NCBI GenBank assembly: GCA_035285125.1
Contig: JAYKHR010000102.1
Span: 1 to 38,424, forward strand
Direction of reading: 5' to 3'
Length of the DNA: 38,424 nucleotides
Source: Candidatus Sericytochromatia bacterium
GTDB taxonomy: Bacteria; Cyanobacteriota; Sericytochromatia; S15B-MN24; JAQBPE01
The position numbers and the translations under genes are program-made. Below are positions 1 through 7,385 of the stretch, piece by piece (position 1 is the first letter of the stretch; every line of letters begins with the position of its first letter). The notes below the pieces were generated by a model. It did not search any database, was not told the DNA's origin, and was given only the letters and a program-made list of their open reading frames with translations.

Positions 1-50
1 GAAGGCCAACGGGGTGCCAACGGGCACCCCCTGGCCGCCTTCAGCCTCGG

Positions 51-467
51 TTAAGGCGTCGGGCAGACGCCCTTGTCGGCCCGGCGCGCCCGCTGGTGCA
101 CCTGGAACAGCCCCGTCACCGCCGGCATGTCGCCCAGCCAGCGCTCCACCCAGGACACCTTGCCGTCTCGGTTCCGGTCGCCCGCCGCGAGCGCGGCCTG
201 GACCATCTCGTCGGCCGACAGGCCGTCGCGGTCCAGGTCTGCCGTCCGGAGCGCGCCTTCGGCGAGCGCCGCCGTGCAGGTGAAGTCCGTCCAGTCGCAG
301 GCCGTCACGCACGGGTTGCCCGTCTCCTCGCAAGGCACGCGCACGGGTTGCCGGGCCTCGGCCAGGCTGATGCGGCGGTCCCCGTCGCGGTCGAAGCGCC
401 GGACGAGGGCCTCGGCCTGCGCGGTCAGCAGGGCCTGGAGCTTGGGGGCGGCGGTCGTGGTCGGCAC
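51..467 (-). CDS. EF-hand-like calcium-binding hypothetical protein with a Cys-rich insert
   Basis: 3' part of ORF 51..1202. GTG at 467 follows an AGAAAGGA RBS. Contains three DxDxD-type loops (DRDGDRRISLAE, DLDRDGLSADE, DRNRDGKVSWVE). Confidence 0.65.
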   Translation of the reverse strand: MPTTTAAPKLQALLTAQAEALVRRFDRDGDRRISLAEARQPVRVPCEETGNPCVTACDWTDFTCTAALAEGALRTADLDRDGLSADEMVQAALAAGDRNRDGKVSWVERWLGDMPAVTGLFQVHQRARRADKGVCPTP

Positions 468-643
468 GGCGCTGGGTCCTTTCTGGGGCGTGATCGGGCT
501 ACGGGCCCCGTGGCACGGTTCCGGCACGTCACGTGCCGAACGGCCGGGGGCAAAGCCGGCGAGGCGCCGGCGCGGCTGGATCCCACCCTGCCCTTGTCGT
601 CCCACGGCCCAGCCTGGTTGCTTTAGTCCAGGTAAAGGGCAGG

Positions 644-1324
644 TTATGAGCCGGGTTTGGGGGCCGGCCGCAGCGGCAGCAGCACCTCGTTGCGCCGCAG
701 GAAGGGCAGCGTGAAGGGCGGGTTGTAGCCGGCCCACCGGGCGGGCCCGGCGGGCTCGCGGCCGGCCGGCAGCCAGGCCCGCAGCCGCGCCTCCTGCCGG
801 CGGAAGGTGGCCTCGTTGAACAGCCCGGAGAACCGGATCGCGGCGACCTCCTGCGCTGGCAGGTCGCGCACGGTCACGGCCTCGTCCAGCGGCAGGGGGG
901 CGTTGGCCGCCGTGATGCCGGCCGGCAGCACGAAGCTCATCGTCCAGCCCCCCTCGCCCGCGGCCAGCCCCACGGGGGCGGTCATGGGCAGCGGTTGGGG
1001 CTCCATGGTCACGGGGGCGGTCATCGGCAGCGGCTGGGGCTCCAAGGCCACGGGGGCCGTCATCGGCAGGTCGCGGCGGGCGCGGTTGCCGCCGAAGATG
1101 TAGCGCGCCAGGCGCCGGAAGCCCTCGTTCTGGCCCCGCCGGAAGTCTCCCGTCATCCGGGTCTCGGCGATCGCGTGGGGCGCGTAGCGCCGGAGCTCGC
1201 ACGGGCCTTCCCGGCGCAGCACCTCGTAGGCGGGCTCCTCGACCGCCTCGAACCCGAAGATGCTGCCCACGCCAGCCCCCACCGCCGTGAGCCCCTTCAC
1301 CACCGCCTCGCCAACGCCTGCCAT
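644..1324 (-). CDS. SOUL family heme-binding protein
   Basis: Typical SOUL motifs: EEPAYEVL, GFRRLARYIFGGN, MTAPV, MSFVLP, YNPPFTLPFLRRNEV. GGAGG RBS. Confidence 0.92.
   Translation of the reverse strand: MAGVGEAVVKGLTAVGAGVGSIFGFEAVEEPAYEVLRREGPCELRRYAPHAIAETRMTGDFRRGQNEGFRRLARYIFGGNRARRDLPMTAPVALEPQPLPMTAPVTMEPQPLPMTAPVGLAAGEGGWTMSFVLPAGITAANAPLPLDEAVTVRDLPAQEVAAIRFSGLFNEATFRRQEARLRAWLPAGREPAGPARWAGYNPPFTLPFLRRNEVLLPLRPAPKPGS
971..1070 (-). repeat. 39-bp coding tandem repeat (about 2.5 copies) encoding LPMTAPVxxEPQP
   Basis: Units begin at 971, 1010 and 1049 on the + strand (cacgggggc.gtcat.ggcag...). Confidence 0.9.
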
Positions 1325-1345
1325 GCCTGGGTCCTCCTGTCGTGC

Positions 1346-2713
1346 TCAGCCGATGAGCAGCGGGTCTTCCATGTATTGCACCCGCGAGGGCCGCCGTGGC
1401 GCCACCACGGAGAGCAGGATCGCGAGCACGCCGACGCGCCCGATCAGCATCGTCGCCACGATCACGAGCTTGCCTGCCGTGCTCAGCTGGCTCGTGATGC
1501 CCATCGACAGCCCCGTGGTGCTGAAGGCCGAGACGGCCTCGAACAGCAGGGGCAAGAAGGGCAGGGGCTCCAGGCTCGCGAGCAGGATCGTGCTCGTCAC
1601 CACCACGCCGAGCGAGACGGCCACCACCGTGAAGGCCTTGCGGACCTGCTGCTCGCTGACGACCCTGCGGAGGTTGAACAGCGGCACCTGGGCCTGCCCC
1701 CGCACCGTGGCGAGGATGGCCGCCAGCGTGATCACGGCCGTCGTGAGCTTGATGCCGCCGCTGGTGCCCCCGGGGCCGGCCCCCAGGAACATCAGCACCA
1801 TCGTCATCATGAGCGTGGGGTCCGTCAACGCGCCCACGTCGATGCTGTTGAAGCCGGCCGTCCGGGGCTGCACGGCCATGAAGAAGGCGTTCAGGAGCTG
1901 CCGCCCCACGGGCATGTCCCCGATGGTGCGCGGATTGCCGGCCTCAAAGAACCAGAACAGCCCGGTGCCGCTGACCAGCAGCACGGCCGTGGCCGCGAGG
2001 ATGATGGCCATCAGCGTGTCCCAGCGGTGGTTGGGCTCCCGGCGGAGCACGAGCCGGCGCACCCACTCCTGGTTCACGTTGTAGCCCAGCCCGCCGAGGA
2101 TGATCAGCCCGCAGAGCGTCAGCAGCACGAGCGGCTGGGCCTGCCAGTGCACGATGTTGGCGCCCATCAGCGAGAAGCCCGCGTTGTTGAAGGCCGAGAC
2201 GGCGTGGAACAGCGCGTTGAAGAGCCCTCTCCCCCAGCCTAGCTCGGGCACCATCGCCAGGGCCAGCAGCGCGAAGCCGATGGCCTCGAAGGCCAGCGTC
2301 AGCCGCGCGATGTTGCGGATGAACCGCACCAGGCCGCCGATGCCGGGCTGCTCCGTCACCTGGCTCACGGCCAGCCGGTCCTCCATCGTGAGGCGCCGGC
2401 CGACCAGCAGCATGCTCAGGGTGAAAAGGGTCATGTAGCCGAGCCCCCCGACCTGGATGAGGCCCATCAGCACCACCTGCCCGACCAGCGAGTAGCGGCT
2501 GCCCGGGTCCAGCGTGGAGAGGCCCGTCACGCAGACGGCCGAGGTGGCGTTGAAGAGGTCGTCCACGAGGGCGTGGGGCCCGCCCGCGTGCGAGATGGGC
2601 AGCGCGAGCAGGGTGGTGCCCACGGCGATGAAGCCGAGGAAGGCCAGCAGCACGAGCTGCGCCGGGTTCAGCCTGGGCAGCCGGGGCCAGATGGCGTCGC
2701 GGGGGGCCTGCAC
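1346..2713 (-). CDS. ktrB: Ktr/Trk potassium uptake membrane subunit (KtrB/TrkH family)
   Basis: Four pore-loop motifs (SAVCVTGL, SAFNNAGF, PRTAGFN, SAFSTTGLS), plus GGTSGGIK and a C-terminal GRVG. Polytopic membrane protein. Confidence 0.93.
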   Translation of the reverse strand: MQAPRDAIWPRLPRLNPAQLVLLAFLGFIAVGTTLLALPISHAGGPHALVDDLFNATSAVCVTGLSTLDPGSRYSLVGQVVLMGLIQVGGLGYMTLFTLSMLLVGRRLTMEDRLAVSQVTEQPGIGGLVRFIRNIARLTLAFEAIGFALLALAMVPELGWGRGLFNALFHAVSAFNNAGFSLMGANIVHWQAQPLVLLTLCGLIILGGLGYNVNQEWVRRLVLRREPNHRWDTLMAIILAATAVLLVSGTGLFWFFEAGNPRTIGDMPVGRQLLNAFFMAVQPRTAGFNSIDVGALTDPTLMMTMVLMFLGAGPGGTSGGIKLTTAVITLAAILATVRGQAQVPLFNLRRVVSEQQVRKAFTVVAVSLGVVVTSTILLASLEPLPFLPLLFEAVSAFSTTGLSMGITSQLSTAGKLVIVATMLIGRVGVLAILLSVVAPRRPSRVQYMEDPLLIG

Positions 2714-2717
2714 GGCG

Positions 2718-3401
2718 TCAGGCCCGGATCAGGGCGGCCTGCAGCGCCTCGAGCTTCTCGTTGGCGCCGAGCAGCGCGATCAGCGCGTCCTGCCGCAGCC
2801 TGTAGCCGGGCTCCGGCGACACCTGCAGGCCGTCGGCGCCGAGCACGGCCACCACCGTCACGCCGAAGCGCGCGCGCAGATCCGCCTCCGCCAGCGTCTT
2901 GCCATCGAGGCTGGCGGGCACGCGCACCTCGATGATGCTGAAGTGCTGGTCGAGGTGGATGCTCTCGAGCAGGCTCACGCCGCCGAGGGCGTGGGCGACG
3001 CGCCGCCCCATCTCGGACTCGGGGTAGACGACGGTCACGCGCGAGCCGCCGATGCGCTCGAGCACCTGGCCGTGGCGGTCGTGCGAGGCCTTCGCCGTCA
3101 GCGCAGGGAGGCCGAGGTCGAGCAGGTTCAGCACCGTCAGGATGCTCGCCTCCATGTCCGAGCCGATCGCCACGACGACCCCGTCGAAGCCCTCCAGGCC
3201 GAGCTCAGCCAGCGCGTGCTTGTCGGTGGCGTCGGCGCGCACGACGTGGGTGGCGACCTCGTCTGCGTGCGCCCGCCGCACGAGCTCCTCGGAGGCGTCC
3301 AGGCCGAGCACCTCGTGGCCGAGCTGCTTCAGCGCGGCGCAGACGCTGCTGCCGAAACGGCCGAGGCCGATGACGGCGAACTGCTTGCGGGCGATGGGCA
3401 T
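2718..3401 (-). CDS. ktrA: Ktr/Trk potassium uptake regulatory RCK subunit (KtrA/TrkA family)
   Basis: VIGLGRFG Rossmann motif, VVAIG and VYPE.EMG motifs, and a C-terminal RCK_C domain. Adjacent to ktrB. Confidence 0.93.
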   Translation of the reverse strand: MPIARKQFAVIGLGRFGSSVCAALKQLGHEVLGLDASEELVRRAHADEVATHVVRADATDKHALAELGLEGFDGVVVAIGSDMEASILTVLNLLDLGLPALTAKASHDRHGQVLERIGGSRVTVVYPESEMGRRVAHALGGVSLLESIHLDQHFSIIEVRVPASLDGKTLAEADLRARFGVTVVAVLGADGLQVSPEPGYRLRQDALIALLGANEKLEALQAALIRA

Positions 3402-3545
3402 GGCGAGGGCTCCTCGGGGCTGCTGACCCCCGCATCATAGCCGGAAGGTGGCTGGCCTTGTCCACCGCGGGCCCGGGCCGTCGCCGAGGCTGCCGACCTG
3501 GGCGGGGTGGCGCGGCCAGGCGCCGGGGCGGATCCGGTCAGCCGC

Positions 3546-4523
3546 TCAGACGTAGCCCCGCCAGCGAAACAGCCCGAGCAGCACCACGGCAGCGCCCGCC
3601 ATCAGCCCGAGCGCCCACTGGTAGCCGTACTGCCACGTGAGCTCCGGCAGCACCCTGAAGTTCATGCCGTAGATGCCCGCGATCAGCGCGCAAGTCATCA
3701 GGATGGTGGAAGCCACCGTGAGCTTCTTCATCGTCTCGTTCGTGCGGTTGGCCATCGCCGACATGTGCAGGTCCATGGCGCTCGCGAGCACGTCGCGCTG
3801 GATGTCGAGGTTGTCCGTGATGCGCAGCAGGTGGTCGAGCACGTCCTGGAAGTAGGCGTAGGTGGCCGTGCCGAAGTGCGAGCCGGGGCCGCGCATCAGG
3901 CTCAGGAAGATGTCCCGCAGCGGCGTCACGAGCCGGCGCACGGCGAGGGTCTGGCGCTTGAGCCGCATCACCTCCGTCAGCACGGCGTGCGTGGCGCCGG
4001 CCACGATGTCGTTCTCGAGGTCCTCGAGCCGATCCGTCAGCGCCTCCGTGCGGGGGAAGTAGGTGTCCACCGCCGCGTCGATGATCAGGTAGGCCAGGTA
4101 GGCCGCGGCCTCCCGCTCCAACCCTGGCAGCAGCTGCCAGCGCTCCCCGGCAAGGGTGATGGCCTGGCATGGCTGCGGGTGGATCGAGATCACAAAGCGA
4201 TCGCCCAGGAAGAGCATCACCTCGCGGGCCCCCCACTCACCCTCGGGGCCGTCCGTGGGCTCGAAGGCGTAGAGCACTATGAACGAGTGGCCATCGTGGT
4301 GCTCGATCTTGGGGCGCTGGTGGAGGTGGAGGCAGTCCTCCAGCGTCAGGGCGTGGAAGCCGAAGGCCGCGCGCAACGCCTCGAGCTCGGACTCCGCGGG
4401 GCTCTCGAGGTCGATCCACACGACCTGGGACGCGTCCGCGTGCCGCGTGAGGGCCTCCTCGAGGTAGCGAACGTCGTCGATGCGGCCGGTCGCAAGGTCG
4501 AGCGCGAGCGCGAAGGTGATCAT
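3546..4523 (-). CDS. corA: Magnesium/cobalt transporter CorA
   Basis: WIDL, FHALTLEDC..QRPKIE, and the GIYGMNF signature followed by PEL and two C-terminal TM helices. Start placed at ATG 4523. Confidence 0.93.
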   Translation of the reverse strand: MITFALALDLATGRIDDVRYLEEALTRHADASQVVWIDLESPAESELEALRAAFGFHALTLEDCLHLHQRPKIEHHDGHSFIVLYAFEPTDGPEGEWGAREVMLFLGDRFVISIHPQPCQAITLAGERWQLLPGLEREAAAYLAYLIIDAAVDTYFPRTEALTDRLEDLENDIVAGATHAVLTEVMRLKRQTLAVRRLVTPLRDIFLSLMRGPGSHFGTATYAYFQDVLDHLLRITDNLDIQRDVLASAMDLHMSAMANRTNETMKKLTVASTILMTCALIAGIYGMNFRVLPELTWQYGYQWALGLMAGAAVVLLGLFRWRGYV

Positions 4524-4528
4524 GGCCG

Positions 4529-5164
4529 CTATCCCCGTCCCGGGCTGAAGCGGTCGGGCGGGTGGAAGCGCCACGGCACCTGTTCGGGCGTCAGCTGTCT
4601 CACGATCCGGGCCGGCACCCCTGCCACCACGCTGTAGGCTGGGACGTCCCGTGTCACGACCGCTCCCGTCGCCACCACGGCGCCGTCCCCGATCGTCACG
4701 CCCTGCAAGATACAGGCCCGGGACGCCAACCAGACATGCCGGCCGATCGTGATCGGGCCCTCTTGCGTCGCCATCCCAGGGGCGAGCGGATGTCCGTCGG
4801 AGTCGAGGATCAGCACGTGGTAGCCGATGCCTGTCCCGTCGCCGATCGAGACGCCGCAGCGGGCCGAGATGATCGTCCCGTTGTTGATCACCACGTTCTC
4901 GCCGATGCGCACGGCGGCGCCGGCGTACACGCCGATGCTGATGCGCGCGAGGTGCGACATCAGGTGCAGCCCCTTGCCGACGTGCAGCTCCCCGTCGTTG
5001 GAGAACTCGGGCCAGCCCAGTATCGCCATCGGGCCCCCGAGCGAGGTGCAGCGCCGGGCGTAGACCAGGTTCTTGATTGCCGTCCCCCAACGGCCGGGCT
5101 TCAGCAGGCCCAGCCACGTGCTCAGGGGGGCGGCGGCCTCACGAGGGGGCAGGGGCACGGTCAT
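4529..5164 (-). CDS. Hexapeptide-repeat (LbH) acyltransferase, maltose/galactoside O-acetyltransferase-like
   Basis: IGENVVIN, IGDGTGIG, IGRHVWL and GVTIGDGAVVATGAVVTRDVPAYSVVAGVPAR repeats. Confidence 0.88.
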   Translation of the reverse strand: MTVPLPPREAAAPLSTWLGLLKPGRWGTAIKNLVYARRCTSLGGPMAILGWPEFSNDGELHVGKGLHLMSHLARISIGVYAGAAVRIGENVVINNGTIISARCGVSIGDGTGIGYHVLILDSDGHPLAPGMATQEGPITIGRHVWLASRACILQGVTIGDGAVVATGAVVTRDVPAYSVVAGVPARIVRQLTPEQVPWRFHPPDRFSPGRG

Positions 5165-5217
5165 CGTGGGGCGATCGTACCCCGGTGGGGCGGGCGCGCC
5201 ACCCGGCGAGGCGCCTC

Positions 5218-6711
5218 TCAGGGCCGCGGGTGGCTGGCCCGCCACGCGGCGATGAGGGCCTCGCGGTCCTCGAAGCCGTACGTCTTCCCCTGAAAGACGG
5301 CCCGGACTTGCTCGGCCGGCACCGTGAGGCCCTTCGTCGCGACGATCACCTCGTCCTGCTCCGGCGTCCACTTCAGGAACCCGGCGCCGTCGGCCCACTT
5401 GTCGGCGAGCGTGCGGCCGAAGGGGATGTCCGCCTGGTACACCACGGCCGTGTCGCCGCCGGCCGCGAACAGGTCCTTGGCGATGGCGGGGTTGGTCGAC
5501 CAGGAGTTCACGCTGTGGTGCTGAAGCTGCATCCCCTTGCGGCCCGGCGTCTCCCACGCCTGGACGAGCTCCTCCATGGCGTGCTCGCTCTGCACGCCCC
5601 GGAAGAGGCGGAAGTGGGTGGGGCGCTCGATGCCGTTCTGGGTGGCGAGCCTGTCCCAGCGGGCCTTGCGGGTTTCCAGGAGTTGCTCCACCGTCTCGCG
5701 CATCGGGTGGTCGCCGCCCTGCCTGAGGGCCGCGAAGGCCTCGCGGATGGGCACCTGGTCTTTGCCTCCCATCACCCACTGCGTGATGGCCTCGCTGGCG
5801 GCCTGTTGCAGGTCGGCATCCTGGTAGAGCGCCTTGAAGGCCTGCTCCCGGGCCTCGTCCGCCATCATGTCGGCCAGCGGCTCGACGCTGGTGTTGAGCT
5901 TCTGCAGGGCGTCTTGGGAGAGAATGCGGGGCCCCTTGGCTGCGGCCCCCGCAGCATCCGTCAGGCCCGCTGCGGCGACGTTGGCTGCCCTGGCGGCGTC
6001 GTCCACCACCCCAGCGGCCCCTCGAGCCGCCCTGGCCGCGTCATCCGCCACCGCCGCGGTGCCCTGGGCCACCCTGGCGGCGTCGTCCGTCAGGCCCGCC
6101 GCCACCCGGGCCGCGTCGTCCGCGACGGAGCCCACGGCGCGGGCCGCCTGGGCCGCGTCGTCGAGCACCTGGCCAGCCCCCCGCACGAGCCGGGCCGCCT
6201 GGCCGGCCTTGCCAGCCGTGTTGGCGGCCTTCAGCGCGGCGCCGATGGGGATCAGGCTCCCGACGACCTCGCCCGAGATCTTGGCGGGGTCCTTGTGGTA
6301 GGCCTCCTCGAGGTTGGACCACAGCTCCTGCGCCACCTTGCCCGGATCGGCTGCGATCGCCTGTAGGGCCTGGCCGGCCTGGGCACGGGTCTCTTGCTCG
6401 GAGAGCTGCAGCGCCGAGCCCGCGAGCCCCACCGCGCCGGTGACGTTGCTGGTGATGGCGTGAACGACGCCGGAGGCGAAGCGGGCCAGGTCGTGATTGC
6501 CCGCCAGGGCCTCGCCGTCGGCCAGCCGGTCCTTGATGAACTGATCGGCGACCATCGCCGCGCCCTCGATGGCCCGGCCGGCCCCTGCCACGTCGCGCGC
6601 GATCCGGGGATCTGCCGGCTGCGCCTTTGCTGCGGGAACCTCGGCCTTAGCAGGCTTCGGCGGCGGCGCCTTCGGGAGGGGCGCGGGCTTGTTCGACTTC
6701 ACGTCCGTCAC
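5218..6711 (-). CDS. Hypothetical toxin-like protein: Ala-rich helical repeats plus a C-terminal putative ADP-ribosyltransferase domain
   Basis: 497-aa ORF with a GGAGA RBS before the GTG. DDAAR repeats, then LFRG...SWST...QDEV in R-S-E ART order. The gene call is solid; the function is inferred. Confidence 0.6.
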   Translation of the reverse strand: MTDVKSNKPAPLPKAPPPKPAKAEVPAAKAQPADPRIARDVAGAGRAIEGAAMVADQFIKDRLADGEALAGNHDLARFASGVVHAITSNVTGAVGLAGSALQLSEQETRAQAGQALQAIAADPGKVAQELWSNLEEAYHKDPAKISGEVVGSLIPIGAALKAANTAGKAGQAARLVRGAGQVLDDAAQAARAVGSVADDAARVAAGLTDDAARVAQGTAAVADDAARAARGAAGVVDDAARAANVAAAGLTDAAGAAAKGPRILSQDALQKLNTSVEPLADMMADEAREQAFKALYQDADLQQAASEAITQWVMGGKDQVPIREAFAALRQGGDHPMRETVEQLLETRKARWDRLATQNGIERPTHFRLFRGVQSEHAMEELVQAWETPGRKGMQLQHHSVNSWSTNPAIAKDLFAAGGDTAVVYQADIPFGRTLADKWADGAGFLKWTPEQDEVIVATKGLTVPAEQVRAVFQGKTYGFEDREALIAAWRASHPRP

Positions 6712-6811
6712 AGCGTCTCTCCGGCAGGCGAGGGGCAGGGGGCTGCTGGATCCGTACCACGGTTTCAGGGGGGCAAAACGCCTGCTGCCTGGCCACCGGC
6801 GGGCAGGGCGC

Positions 6812-7261
6812 CTAGCGGGCGCTCCCCCGGAGGTCCCGGTACGTCGCCACCGCCTTGGGATAGAACCGCTGGAAGCAACCCCACGTGAGGCGGTCCGCCT
6901 CGGCCTTGGCGATCCTCGCGCTGACCTCGCCCTCCGAGCCCAGGGCGTTGTAGCCGCTGGGCAGACTCACGTCGGCGTAGGCGCCCAGGTGCGCGGCCCC
7001 GACCTCGGGCTCCAGGACGGGGGCCTCCCGCGTGCAGTCCGCCGCGGTCGGGGGGGGCAGGCCGGGGCCCGAGAGGGAGCCACCGCTGGCCGCCGATCCG
7101 CTGCCGGCAGCGCCAGGGGCCGCGCCCGCCGGGCCTCCGGTGGCGGCCGGTGCACCGCTGGCGGCAGGGCCCACGGTGGCCGGCTGGTTGCCAGGTGGGG
7201 TGCAGCCCGTGGTCGCTGAAGCCACCAGCACGGCAAGGGCGCACAGTCTTTGCAAGGTCAT
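6812..7261 (-). CDS. Hypothetical lipoprotein with a conserved 2-Cys C-terminal domain (paralog of 15128..15526)
   Basis: ATG 7261 with GGAGG upstream. Signal peptide ends TTGC, followed by a Gly/Ala/Pro linker and an ADCTRE...WGCFQRFY domain. Confidence 0.75.
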   Translation of the reverse strand: MTLQRLCALAVLVASATTGCTPPGNQPATVGPAASGAPAATGGPAGAAPGAAGSGSAASGGSLSGPGLPPPTAADCTREAPVLEPEVGAAHLGAYADVSLPSGYNALGSEGEVSARIAKAEADRLTWGCFQRFYPKAVATYRDLRGSAR

Positions 7262-7385
7262 CTGGACGGCTGCCTCCGGTTCCATGTCAACACGCGGCCC
7301 AGGGTTTCGCAAATCACAGGGCCCCCGCTGCCGGGACCTGCCGCGTCGGGCCCGATGCCGCCCGGGGCGCCGGGGCGCGTGAGCC

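Noticed and set aside
3402..3545. c-di-AMP (ydaO) or Mg2+ riboswitch upstream of ktrA
   Set aside because: The 144-bp gap shows no recognisable conserved riboswitch sequence, only generic GC-rich pairing.
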